Shown here: positions 50,301 through 60,233 of the stretch, in pieces | How the letters are laid out: every line of letters begins with the position of its first letter | Numbering within the stretch: the first letter of the stretch is position 1 | Assembly: GCA_963840855.1 (NCBI GenBank) | Contig: CAWJBB010000046.1 | Coordinates: 113,677 to 177,676 of the forward strand | Source: an uncultured delta proteobacterium | GTDB taxonomy: Bacteria; Desulfobacterota; Binatia; UBA9968 | Length of the DNA: 64,000 bases | Direction: 5' to 3' | Notes under the pieces: generated by a model | The model's database searches: none | The model's input: the letters and a program-made list of their open reading frames with translations, nothing else | What the model was told of the DNA's origin: nothing | Program-made: the position numbers and the translations under genes

Positions 50301-52213
50301 CTATCCAAAAACTAAAACCAACATGTTTGTCATAGAGTCCAAGGATCAAGCGGCGAGTTTTAGTGTTTGGAGTGTGGCCAGCATCTCGCATTGAAGCTTT
50401 TGGTAATGGACATCCAGCGGATCAATGTTCTTGGGCGGACGACCGCGCTTGGGCCGACACACTCCGGCCAATACCGGTTTGATCACCTGCTCGCGCAGGA
50501 TGAACAACGCCGCCAGCGTGCGGATGCCTGCTCGGCGCACCCCATAGCGCTGCGTTTTACCGATCCGTTCCACCACCGACTTGCCCCGCAGCTTGCGCAA
50601 GTCGTAAGCCGCTTTGCGGGCCGCATAGCCCGCCATCGCTCGTCCTTGCTGCGCCCGCACTCGCTCAGCCAACTCTGCGGCACTGAAGCCCTCGGGTTGG
50701 ACCCCCAGCGCGATCACCGCTTTGGCTACCGCTCGCATCCGCGCCTTTTGCAGGTCCACGCCCGCCGTCCGTCGCGCACCCCGCACACTCGGCGCGGCCA
50801 AAGCATCCAATTGCCGGCCGTCCACAAAGCTCAAGTGTGCCGCCTGCACCACCCCCAAAAAGGCTACCACCATCGCTTCGAGCCGTTCCAACATCCCGGG
50901 CAGTTTCTCCAGCCGCTTGCCACAGCGCAACTCTTCGATGTTTTTGACGATGACCTCCACCCGCAGCACCCTAGCCCCTTTGTCATACATCTTAAGGGTG
51001 AGCTTGCCGAAGTGCACCTTGAACACCGTCAAGTCATACTCCAACCGCTCAATGATTTTCTCCAACCGCCCGTCCCGAGCTTGGGTTTTGCTGGGACGCT
51101 GCTTGCGACCGAAGATGGTTTTGAGTCGGGGTACGTCCAACACTCGGCGTGTGCGGTCAATCAGCCCTTGATACACTTCATCCATTTGCCGCCCGCTTTT
51201 GAACAAAAGATTACGGCTGTATTCCAATTGGTAGCACGAATAGGCATAGCGAAAGCCCGAACGTTTTTGTTGCTCGAAGTTCAGTGCAAAACACAGGCAG
51301 GCCGAATACACCCAGCGATCCACCACTTGCCCCAGGCGCGCCAGGCCCCGCACGCCGTCCAACTGTTGGGCCAGCCCATTGAGGCCGGCCAGGTCGGAAC
51401 CACCCACAAAACAGTTGCCCTCCTTGACCCAGGAGATGGCTCGTTTTTGGGCCTGGCGCTCCACCCATTCATGCCCATTGAGGGAAATTTGCAAGCCAAA
51501 GGGCGGATGACCGCTCATCTTGATGGTGAGGTGTCCCCACTGCCGGTCGACAATGTGGAAATGGTAGTGATAAACCAGCGGCCACTTTTGGGGCCGGCGC
51601 AGCACCACTTTGCCGTCGCGATTGTTTTTGGCTTGCCAGACCAGGGCCGGAGCTCTGGCCACGAATATGGCAAACACGCCGCGGAAATTGGGATCGAGGG
51701 GGCGAAGTTTTTCGGCTTGGGCGTGCTTGGTCTTGTCGCCGATGGCAAAATAGCGCAGCGTGATTTTATGTTTGTGCGCATAGGCATGCACGCGCCGGGC
51801 AAAGTCCCCCGCCAACTTGCGCAGTCGATCTTCGGTCAGCGCCGTGTTGGTAAAGAGCTGGTTCCACCACGTCAACAGCCCCCCGCTGGTTTGGCCCAGC
51901 GGAAAATAGCCGCGTACGGAAATGCGATCCGTGCAGTCGTAGCTGCCGCAAAGCCTATCCGCCAAGTAGGTCGACAAGTCGTCAGCAGTTCTCATGCGCC
52001 GAGACTACCAAAACCGGCTGTTCGCCGACAAGGCGAACCTCTTTTTCCCAGCGCAGTCTGGGAAAAAGCGTGTACTACTGTGGTTGAAAGTTTTTCTCAG
52101 CCTGTGGAAATTTTTCCACCGCCCACCGCCCTCCAGGAACGGAGATTTACTCGCGCCAAGTCGACGAGGGAAAGGCCAGAGGCCTGCCATCTCGAGCTAA
52201 TGCGAGGGTTCTA
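50301..52213 (-). mobile_element. Putative TIR-less insertion element (boundaries inferred)
   Basis: Single large ORF between two co-oriented OCD genes; hairpin-rich 5' end; CTA at both inferred ends. Confidence 0.55.
50346..51995 (-). CDS. Putative transposase/replication-type protein with Rep_trans-like motifs and C-terminal wHTH
   Basis: HYHFH, QLEYS, KMYDK..LRVE, AAYDLRKLRGK..ER. Confidence 0.7.
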   Translation of the reverse strand: MRTADDLSTYLADRLCGSYDCTDRISVRGYFPLGQTSGGLLTWWNQLFTNTALTEDRLRKLAGDFARRVHAYAHKHKITLRYFAIGDKTKHAQAEKLRPLDPNFRGVFAIFVARAPALVWQAKNNRDGKVVLRRPQKWPLVYHYHFHIVDRQWGHLTIKMSGHPPFGLQISLNGHEWVERQAQKRAISWVKEGNCFVGGSDLAGLNGLAQQLDGVRGLARLGQVVDRWVYSACLCFALNFEQQKRSGFRYAYSCYQLEYSRNLLFKSGRQMDEVYQGLIDRTRRVLDVPRLKTIFGRKQRPSKTQARDGRLEKIIERLEYDLTVFKVHFGKLTLKMYDKGARVLRVEVIVKNIEELRCGKRLEKLPGMLERLEAMVVAFLGVVQAAHLSFVDGRQLDALAAPSVRGARRTAGVDLQKARMRAVAKAVIALGVQPEGFSAAELAERVRAQQGRAMAGYAARKAAYDLRKLRGKSVVERIGKTQRYGVRRAGIRTLAALFILREQVIKPVLAGVCRPKRGRPPKNIDPLDVHYQKLQCEMLATLQTLKLAA

Positions 52214-52320
52214 AGAAAGATTTCTCTCTTCGTTCGAAATGACAATGTTTTTCCTTCGCCCCTTTGCGTCTTTGCGCGAGATATTCCGGTTCTTTTGGTC
52301 GCGGCTTTGCCGAGCTACGA

Positions 52321-53409
52321 TTATGGCGAAGGCATGAAGCCTTTGTCCATCCACTCACTTAAATCGGCGCCGAACCATTCGCTCGGCAAATCCCTGCCCA
52401 ATCCCTTCTTCTTGCACTCTTCGTAGATCAAGGCGCCGGCGGCGGCGAATTGGATGCCGACACCGGTGTTGCTTTTATAATAGATGATTTGCTGGTCACG
52501 GGTTCGACCGGGATGCTTGCCGATCAGCACTTGTCCCAGTTCGCAGACTTTGTCCCAAGCGAATTGTCCTCCGTCGATCAGATCGAGCAGTTCGCGCTGT
52601 TGGTTTGCGATTGCCGTCTCTTTGTTGTTGAGCACAATAAAGTCGCTGCGAATCATCGTCGCCGCATCGGCTTCGGTGCGGCGGTGAACGCCGTCGGTGT
52701 TGGCGATCGTTGTGACAAACTGGCCGGGCTCGAGCCAGTCACCGTCGAACACGGGCACACTCGAATTCGTCGCGCACATGACGATGTCGGAGCTCCTCAC
52801 CACAGCTTCTGCGTTGGCTACCGGCTGAACCTCGATGTTCAATAACTCGGTCATTTCTTCAGCGAAGCGGTCTCGGTGTTCTTTGGTCACGCTGTAGACC
52901 TTTACCGACTTGATATCGCGGACCGCACAAATCGCCGCCAGGTTCGTCCTGGCCTCGTTGCCGGAACCGAAGACGCCTACAATCTGCGCCTGTTTCTTGG
53001 CCAATGCCCGATGCGCAACGCCCGTCGTCGCCCCGACGCGGATCGCCGACATGCTGAAGTCATGGATCAGCGCCAGCGGCGCGCCGGTCTCCAAGCTAAA
53101 TAACAAGACAAATCCCCAACTCCGTTTTAGCGGCGATGGAAAATCCATTCGTTTGGTTCCACCGACGACGCGCTCTTGCACGATAGTCGAGTCGTAGCGC
53201 AACGCAGCCACGCCTGAGCTCGGCACGGCGCCGGGGATGATATTCGCCATGTATCCAGGCTTCTCTAGATCGGGCGGAACTTTGTAGCGCGTGCGCGGAC
53301 GATTCACGGCGATGCCTCGCGCTTCTTCGGCAAAGGCTCGCTCCATGGCTTCGATGCAGTCGCGCATACTCAATACTTGCCGTACTTCAGGATCGCTGAT
53401 CAACAGCAT
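52321..53409 (-). CDS. Ornithine cyclodeaminase/mu-crystallin family protein
   Basis: IRVGA, GSGNEA, ATNS, YKSNTGVGIQFAA. Confidence 0.9.
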   Translation of the reverse strand: MLLISDPEVRQVLSMRDCIEAMERAFAEEARGIAVNRPRTRYKVPPDLEKPGYMANIIPGAVPSSGVAALRYDSTIVQERVVGGTKRMDFPSPLKRSWGFVLLFSLETGAPLALIHDFSMSAIRVGATTGVAHRALAKKQAQIVGVFGSGNEARTNLAAICAVRDIKSVKVYSVTKEHRDRFAEEMTELLNIEVQPVANAEAVVRSSDIVMCATNSSVPVFDGDWLEPGQFVTTIANTDGVHRRTEADAATMIRSDFIVLNNKETAIANQQRELLDLIDGGQFAWDKVCELGQVLIGKHPGRTRDQQIIYYKSNTGVGIQFAAAGALIYEECKKKGLGRDLPSEWFGADLSEWMDKGFMPSP

Positions 53410-53445
53410 GGTTCCTCCGCCCGTGCCTTCCTCGCATGGATTTTT

Positions 53446-54547
53446 CTAAGGATGAACTGTTTCCAAAAACCAATCCGTGGGGATTTCCTTTCCCGCTCCT
53501 TTGGCTTTCGCCTCTAAGTAAACCGCGTGACCCACGGCGGCGAACTGAATTCCCAAGCCAATATTGTTGATGAAGCAGGTCGCCTCTTCCGGCGACTTCC
53601 GCCCCGGCGCCTTTCCACCCATCACTTCTTTGAGCTCCGGCGAGTTAATCCAAAACGGCGGCGCTTCGACTTCACTCGCCGATTTCTTTTTGCCGATGAT
53701 GAAGTCGATGGGATCGTGCTCGGAAATCTTTTCGTCACCAAAGCCGGCGATGTAATTTTCCGGCGCAAAGTTGCGCGCGTGGATGACCACGCGATCGGCT
53801 TTGCGAATCGTCTCATCGCCCAGCTCCGATATCTTCACGCAGGTGGCGTGCACGCCGGGTTTCATCCAGTCCGGCGGAATCACCCGCGTGATGGCGTTGG
53901 TAGCGGCGACCAGCATATCGGCGTCTTTCGCGGCGGCCTCGGCGGATTCCATGGGCGCGACGGGGACGCCCACGAGCTTCTCCATTTCCTTGGCGAATCT
54001 TTCCCGGTTCGCTTTCGTTGGACTGTACGCGTTAACCTTTTTGATCTTTGCGCACGGCGCAGAAGGCCGGCACGTGGGCGCCGGCCTGCCAGCCAGAACC
54101 AAATATCGCCATAACCGAGGCATCCGGCCGCGCCATTTCTCTAGCCGCCAGCGCGCTCGTCACCGCGACTCGCATGCGCTGCACTACCCCGTCAGGAAAC
54201 ATCGCCAATGGCTCGCCGGTCTCGGCGGAAAACAGTTGGATGACGCCGACCCACTTCTTTCCCGGCGCGGCTGGAACTTTCTCTTTTACGACGCGATTGT
54301 CGCGGTTTTCCCATTTGATCACATCTGAGTTTAGTCGCAGTGCGACCACTTTGGATTCCACCAGGCCGCCCTCCATCGACTTGAAAGCATATACGCTGCC
54401 TTCATGAACTCCGGGTAGATAAAGATCGCTGCGCGGACGGTTGACCGCGGTGCCGTTGGCCTGGCCGACGTACGCTCGTTCCAGCGCCTTCAACGCCAGA
54501 TTTACGGTGAGCAGAGATTCGATTTCTTCATTGTTGATGATTAGCAT
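53446..54547 (-). CDS. Ornithine cyclodeaminase/mu-crystallin family protein (apparent +1 frameshift near 54048)
   Basis: MRVA, GSGWQA, YSPT, NNIGLGIQFAA. Confidence 0.8.
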
Positions 54548-54646
54548 GATCGCCGCCTTTACACATGGGATGTTTAGGGCTATATCAATCTCAAATTCGC
54601 CCTGTCAACGTCGCGCATCGCGATTCTCACGAACGGAGCCCGCGGA

Positions 54647-55744
54647 ATGATTTTTCTGACCAACGAGCATGTCCGACAAGTTCTCGATATGAAAACTTGC
54701 ATCGATGCCATGGAAGACGCTTACCGCGAGCTTAACGAACAACGCGCCGGATATCGGCCGCGGATCGACTTCTATGTTCCCGAAGAGCCGCATTACTATC
54801 GCTGGGGCACGATGGAAGGGGCGTCGCGCAAGCTTGGCGTTTTCGCCATTCGTATGAAGTCGGACATGCTCGCCTGGGAGAACCAGGACGGCTTCATGGT
54901 CGAAGACAAGTACTGCATGGAGCGCGGCAGATATTGCGGTTTGATTTTTCTCACCAGCACGCGCAACGGCGAACCGCTGGCGATCATGAACGACGGCTAC
55001 TTACAGCATATGCGCGTGGGCGCCTGCGCGGGCTTGGGAACCAAGTATCTAGCGCGGAAAAACTCGAAAGTCCTGGCCATGATCGGCTCCGGCGGCATGG
55101 CGCGGACCTATGCCGAAGCCATCAAACTCGTCCGGCCCATCGAAGCGATGCGAGTGTTCAGCCCTACGAAGAAAAACCGTGAAGCCTACGCGACAGAAAT
55201 GACCGAGAAGCTTGACATCGAGGTGGCGCCCGTCGATTCGCCGGAGAAGGCGTTGAAAGGCGCGGATATCGTTGCGCTGACGACGGATTCGTTGGTTCCG
55301 GTGATCAAGGCAGAGTGGCTGGAGCCCGGCATGCATATAAACAACGTGCGCAACAATGAAGCCGGCCCTGACGTGCTGGCGCGCGCCGATGTCCGGGCGC
55401 GGCTTGGAACATCGACGCTTCACGCTGACCGCAATGCTAGCGACGTCGTCACCGGCAGCGACGGCATGTTTGGCTACATTGCCGGCAACGTCGAGGAGAA
55501 GAAAAAAATTCCCGCCGCGCCGCATCATGAGGTCGACAATCCGAATATCGGCAGCGTACCGGACATTATGGCCGGATGCTGGCTCGGTCGCACCAACGAC
55601 CAGCAGATTACGTTCTTGAATAACCAGGGCACTCAGGGTCTTCAGTTCGCGGCCGTTGGCGCCACGGCCTATAATCTTGCGCGAGCCAAGGGATTGGGAC
55701 ATCCGCTGCCGCTTGAATGGTTTACGCAGAATATTAGGGACTAA
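54647..55744 (+). CDS. Ornithine cyclodeaminase/mu-crystallin family protein
   Basis: QHMRVGA, GSGGMA, FSPT, QGLQFAA. Confidence 0.9.
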   Translation: MIFLTNEHVRQVLDMKTCIDAMEDAYRELNEQRAGYRPRIDFYVPEEPHYYRWGTMEGASRKLGVFAIRMKSDMLAWENQDGFMVEDKYCMERGRYCGLIFLTSTRNGEPLAIMNDGYLQHMRVGACAGLGTKYLARKNSKVLAMIGSGGMARTYAEAIKLVRPIEAMRVFSPTKKNREAYATEMTEKLDIEVAPVDSPEKALKGADIVALTTDSLVPVIKAEWLEPGMHINNVRNNEAGPDVLARADVRARLGTSTLHADRNASDVVTGSDGMFGYIAGNVEEKKKIPAAPHHEVDNPNIGSVPDIMAGCWLGRTNDQQITFLNNQGTQGLQFAAVGATAYNLARAKGLGHPLPLEWFTQNIRD

Positions 55745-55816
55745 GGAAGAATGGAATGTTGGAGTACTGGAGAGAGTTTTGGATCGAGCCATCACTCCAA
55801 CCTTCCCGGAGGTCTA

Positions 55817-56611
55817 ATGGCAACGTTGCGCTATGTCGCTTATCTAAGCGAGAACCCTGAGAAGCTCGTCGATTTCTACCACCGTTTTCTTGGCACCGAG
55901 GAGCTAGGCCGCTCCGCGGCGGGCGACATCACTATCACCGACGGTTTTTATAATCTAACCTTTTTCAAAAAGCGTCCCGCCCTCGGCGAAATGCAGATGG
56001 AAACCGGCTTACACCATATCGGCCTCGAGGTGGACAATCTGGAAGAAATCAAAGGCCGGTTTTTAAAGTTGAATCCACGCGGCATGATCATTGAGGAGCC
56101 CAACGACTTGCAGCATGGCGAAATTCGCATCCATGACCCCGAATGCCGCCCGGTCAGCCTATCGACCAGAGGCTTCGGTGTCCCAAAAGCCAAACATATT
56201 AAGTTTCCCCGCGTGCGCCACATCGCCTACAACGCCCTCGATCCGGAAACCATGCTGCTCTTTTATACGCAGGTGTTGGGGCTGCGAGAATTGCCCTCCA
56301 GCTATGAACGGCGCCGGCAAGGCCTCGGCAACCGCTTTTGCGGCGATGGTGAGACCAATCTAGCGATTCACCCCTTTTATAGCCCGGTGGAGGGGCATGA
56401 AGCCAAATACGGCATCAACCACATCGGGTTTCTGACCAACGAGATGCAGGCGGTAATGGCAGAATTGAATAACCTGCTTAAAATTGCGCCCCGGCCGTCG
56501 ACGCGGCCATACGCCGAATTCCGCTTCCGCGATCTCGAGGGCAACGCCCTCGACCTCTCTCAAACCAAGGGATGGGAAGTCGATGTAAACAAGTGGGAAA
56601 CCGCCGCTTGA
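55817..56611 (+). CDS. VOC (glyoxalase) family protein, two domains
   Basis: GLHHIGLEV, RHIA, GINHIGF, DLEGN. Confidence 0.85.
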   Translation: MATLRYVAYLSENPEKLVDFYHRFLGTEELGRSAAGDITITDGFYNLTFFKKRPALGEMQMETGLHHIGLEVDNLEEIKGRFLKLNPRGMIIEEPNDLQHGEIRIHDPECRPVSLSTRGFGVPKAKHIKFPRVRHIAYNALDPETMLLFYTQVLGLRELPSSYERRRQGLGNRFCGDGETNLAIHPFYSPVEGHEAKYGINHIGFLTNEMQAVMAELNNLLKIAPRPSTRPYAEFRFRDLEGNALDLSQTKGWEVDVNKWETAA

Positions 56612-56753
56612 CAATAAAGCTTCGATGTTCTTGTCGGAATTATCGAAATGGTACCGAAGACCCGGAGCCGTTATCTTGACTTTCCCATGGGCCGGTTTTA
56701 ACTTGGACCTCTAAGGTCTAAGAAGCATCTGACCCACTCGTCCAGGAGGAAAC

Positions 56754-57923
56754 ATGGCCAAGTCGTTTCAGGAGCTGATGTCGGAGGCACGCAAAGATGT
56801 GCCCGAGCTCAGCGCGCAACAGGTAAATGAATTATTGAGCAACGACGGAAAATCTCATGTAATACTTGATGTTCGGGAAAGCGATGAGTGGCGCCAGGGA
56901 CATTTGGCAGGCGCCGTTCCGCTACCCCGCGGCTTTCTTGAGATTAAAGTCGAAACGGCGATTCCGGATAAGACCACGCCGATCATTGCCTACTGCGCGG
57001 GCGGCGTCCGTTCGCTGCTGGCAGGCAAAATGCTAAAGGAGATGGGTTACCAGAACGTAACTTCCATGACCGGCGGCTACAATGCCTGGAAGAATGGCGG
57101 ATTCAAGTGGGTGCAAGATTTTCAGTATACACCGGAGCAGTTGATCCGCTACAGCCGTCACTTTCTGCTGCCCGAAGTCGGCGAGGACGGCCAGGCGAAG
57201 CTTTTACAGGCCAGAGTGCTGATGGTCGGGGCCGGCGGCCTGGGATCTCCCTCCGCCTATTACCTGGCCGCGGCGGGAGTTGGAACCATCGGCATCATCG
57301 ACAACGACGTCGTCGATATTTCCAATTTGCAGCGGCAGATACTCCACGCTAACGATCGCGTCGGCATGCCCAAGGTTGAGTCTGCAAAGAAAACCCTCGA
57401 GGGCCTCAACCCCGATGTGAAGGTGATTCCCTATCAGGCAAAACTCACTTCGGAAAATATCATGGAGATCCTCAAGGAATATGATCTCGTGGTGGATGGC
57501 TGCGATAATTTCCCGACGCGCTATCTAGTCAACGATGCTTGCGTGCTCGCCGGCAAGCCCAACGTTCATGGCAGCATCTTCCAGTTCGAAGGACAAGCGA
57601 CGGTATTCTATCCGGGCAAGGGTCCCTGCTACCGTTGCTTGTATCCCGAGCCGCCGCCGGCAGAGATGGCGCCCAGTTGCGCCGAAGCAGGCGTGCTTGG
57701 GGTGTTACCGGGTTTGATCGGCACCATCGAAGCCTTGGAAGCGATCAAGATCATTCTCGGCAAGGGCGACAGTCTGATCGGCCGGCTGCTCTGCTTCAAC
57801 ACGCTGACGATGGAGATCAATGACCTGAAACTGCGTCGTGACCCCAACTGCCCGCTGTGCGGCGACCACCCCACGATTCATGAGTTGATCGACTACGAGG
57901 AGTTCTGCAGCCTCAGGCATTAA
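56754..57923 (+). CDS. moeB: Rhodanese-MoeB fusion (molybdopterin-synthase adenylyltransferase)
   Basis: YCAGGVRS, RYSRH, GAGGLGS, SNLQRQ, CYRC, CPLC. Confidence 0.9.
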   Translation: MAKSFQELMSEARKDVPELSAQQVNELLSNDGKSHVILDVRESDEWRQGHLAGAVPLPRGFLEIKVETAIPDKTTPIIAYCAGGVRSLLAGKMLKEMGYQNVTSMTGGYNAWKNGGFKWVQDFQYTPEQLIRYSRHFLLPEVGEDGQAKLLQARVLMVGAGGLGSPSAYYLAAAGVGTIGIIDNDVVDISNLQRQILHANDRVGMPKVESAKKTLEGLNPDVKVIPYQAKLTSENIMEILKEYDLVVDGCDNFPTRYLVNDACVLAGKPNVHGSIFQFEGQATVFYPGKGPCYRCLYPEPPPAEMAPSCAEAGVLGVLPGLIGTIEALEAIKIILGKGDSLIGRLLCFNTLTMEINDLKLRRDPNCPLCGDHPTIHELIDYEEFCSLRH

Positions 57924-57944
57924 TGTCGACTTGGAAATTAATGC

Positions 57945-58046
57945 CGTTTCAATCGTTCCAACTGTTCCAGTCGTTCCAAACTTAAGAACAACTTCCCGAA
58001 GTTTTACGATTGGAACTATTGGAACGGCTGGAACGATTGGAACTAT
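57945..58046. repeat. Inverted pair of 9-mer tandem arrays between convergent genes
   Basis: gttccaact/gttccagtc ... gattggaac/ctggaac. Confidence 0.75.
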
Positions 58047-58047
58047 T

Positions 58048-58776
58048 TTACGCGAGTCCCACAGACTGCTTAAGCTCACGCACCTCAACGTTGGTAAGCG
58101 GGCGTAGCTCGCCGGGAGCGAGCCGTCCCAAAGACACCGTGCCGACGCGCACGCGGACGAGCTTTTCCACGAAGTAGCCCAAGGCAAGGAACATGCGGCG
58201 CACTTCGCGCTTGCGCCCCTCATGAAGCTCGATTTCAATCCAGGCGTTTTTCTTTAATTTCTGCAAAATTCGCCCGCGCGCAGGGGCGGTAACTCCATCC
58301 TCAAGGCGAATTCCCTTGCGCAGCTGCGCCCAATCATCCGCCGTGGGACAGGAACTGAGCTTCGCATGATAAACTTTGTTAACGCCGAAGCGCGGATGCA
58401 TGAGGCGCTGCGCCAGCTCGCCGTCGTTGGTGAGCAAGAGTAAACCCGAGGAATTAAAATCTAGCCTGCCCACAGGGTAGACCCGCGCCCTTTCACCAAA
58501 CTTTCGCAGGTACCGTGTCAGGTCGGGGCGGTGTTTGGGATCGTCGAGGGTGGTAATTACACCCGGCGGTTTGTGCAGCGCAAAATAGCGTGGCGCGCCG
58601 GCGAGTGTGATGCGCTTGCCATCGACTTTGATGCTGTCTTTCTTCGGGTCCGCGCGCACGCCAAGCTCGCGCACCACGGCACCGTTGACCGCCACGCGCC
58701 CTTTAACAATCCATTGCTCGGCCTCCCGGCGCGACGTCAGACCGGCGTGGGCGAGAATCTTCTGTAGGCGCTGCAT
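58048..58776 (-). CDS. rluB: rRNA pseudouridine synthase (RluB-like)
   Basis: RLQK.LA, PVGRLD, EGRKREVRRM; follows scpAB. Confidence 0.85.
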   Translation of the reverse strand: MQRLQKILAHAGLTSRREAEQWIVKGRVAVNGAVVRELGVRADPKKDSIKVDGKRITLAGAPRYFALHKPPGVITTLDDPKHRPDLTRYLRKFGERARVYPVGRLDFNSSGLLLLTNDGELAQRLMHPRFGVNKVYHAKLSSCPTADDWAQLRKGIRLEDGVTAPARGRILQKLKKNAWIEIELHEGRKREVRRMFLALGYFVEKLVRVRVGTVSLGRLAPGELRPLTNVEVRELKQSVGLA

Positions 58777-58891
58777 ACTGCTATTGTTGAACGTCTTCGC
58801 AGTTGGCACAAATTTTCCAATGCTCCGATGGCAAATTGGCGTGAAGATTCGGACTCTTCTTTGCGTTCTTTGCGGTTAATTTCTCTCTTAT

Positions 58892-59470
58892 CTAGTGTTC
58901 TTCATCGACGCCTTCGGCGAGAACCCCTGCGCCAACGGGCTCGGGAAGCGTTATCTCGTCCAACTCCTTGAGCGTTGGCAATTCGGAGAGATCCTTCATA
59001 TTGAAGAGTTGCAAGAACTCGGGAGTGGTACCAAAAAGAAATGGACGGCCGGGAACATCCTTGCGCCCGACGGCGCGAATCAAGCTTCGCTCCATAAGTG
59101 TATTGACCACGCCGTCGACATCCACGCCGCGAATTGCCTCGATTTCGGCTTTCGTCACAGGCTGGCGATAGGCGATAATGGCCAGTGTCTCCAGCGTCGC
59201 CCGTCCCATGCGCGCCGGGCGGCCGCCGAGAAACTTTTTCACCCAATCAGCGTTTTCCTTCGGAGTCCTGAGCTGGTACCCGCCCGCTACCTCCACCAGG
59301 CGCACGCCGCGCCGGTTCGATTCCAAGTCGGTTCTGATCTGCTCCAGCGCCGCAGTAATCTCACTCTTATCGGCGCCCTCGATGGCTTCCGCCAGGCGCT
59401 GCAGAGTCAGCGGCCCTTCCGCGACGAATAACAGGCTTTCCACGATGGACTTTAAGGTTTCACCTTCCAT
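58892..59470 (-). CDS. scpB: SMC-Scp complex subunit ScpB
   Basis: LETLAIIAYRQPVT, IRGV, PGRP..GTT. Confidence 0.95.
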   Translation of the reverse strand: MEGETLKSIVESLLFVAEGPLTLQRLAEAIEGADKSEITAALEQIRTDLESNRRGVRLVEVAGGYQLRTPKENADWVKKFLGGRPARMGRATLETLAIIAYRQPVTKAEIEAIRGVDVDGVVNTLMERSLIRAVGRKDVPGRPFLFGTTPEFLQLFNMKDLSELPTLKELDEITLPEPVGAGVLAEGVDEEH

Positions 59471-60233
59471 CCAGATCTTCCTCAATTGCTGCTTTGGCGA
59501 TCACTTCCGTCGCCTGCTCCACGCCCACCGCCGCCTCGATGATGATGGGCCCATCCAGTCGGTCCTGAAAAATACGAATCGCGCGTATTTTGACCAGTTC
59601 CAGCATCGCCAAAAAAGTTACGATGACCGCCATGCGCGTGCCGGCATCTGAGAATAGCGACTCGAACATGACCTGGCCGTCAACGCGCAAGCGTTCGAGC
59701 ACCAGGGTCATTTTCTCGCGCATCGTGATCTTCTCGAGAGTAACTTCGTGAAACTCGTCCTTCGGCAGACGTTCCAACACGCGGCGCAGCGCGGTCAATA
59801 ACTCGAAAACTGACAACTCACGGAAAGCCGTGGGCGCCGGTTTTTCCGTGGGTGGGGTAGCGCGAACGAACACGTCCCGCGTCAAAACATCGCGCTGGCC
59901 TAACTCACCGGCGGCCTCTTTGAACCGCTGGTACTCAAGCAGGCGCTTCATCAGCTCCTCGCGCGGGTCCCCGCCCTCCTCTTCTTCGTCCGTCTCTATG
60001 TCGCTTTCAGGCAAGAGAGTGCGCGATTTGATGTGAATCAGCGTCGCCGCCATCACGAGGAACTCACCGGCCATATCGAGATTGAGAGTTTGCATCAATT
60101 CAAGCGTCGCGAGGTACTGTTCCGTGATCGTGGCGATGGGAATGTCGGTGATGTTAACTTCGTTTTTCTTGATCAGATGAAGCAGCAGATCAAGCGGGCC
60201 TTCGAAGATTTCCAGTTGAACGTTGGTGCTCAC
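59460..60233 (-). CDS. scpA: Segregation and condensation protein A
   Basis: FEGPLDLLLHLI, KSR.LLP, TFLAMLEL. Confidence 0.95.
   Translation of the reverse strand: MSTNVQLEIFEGPLDLLLHLIKKNEVNITDIPIATITEQYLATLELMQTLNLDMAGEFLVMAATLIHIKSRTLLPESDIETDEEEEGGDPREELMKRLLEYQRFKEAAGELGQRDVLTRDVFVRATPPTEKPAPTAFRELSVFELLTALRRVLERLPKDEFHEVTLEKITMREKMTLVLERLRVDGQVMFESLFSDAGTRMAVIVTFLAMLELVKIRAIRIFQDRLDGPIIIEAAVGVEQATEVIAKAAIEEDLDGR

Noticed and set aside
50367-52214. 615-aa ORF antisense to the mobile-element gene
   Set aside because: No recognisable motifs; typical shadow ORF of a GC-rich coding strand
20563-54547. Frameshifts in the TPR, NRDE, apgM, PEP-CTERM, LLM, DUF4160 and OCD genes as pseudogenisation or programmed frameshifting
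   Set aside because: All appear to be single-base insertions scattered through ordinary genes with no common slippery motif; sequencing error is the simplest explanation
28240-58046. CRISPR arrays
   Set aside because: Repeats are 7-9-mers without unique spacers of regular length, and no cas genes are present
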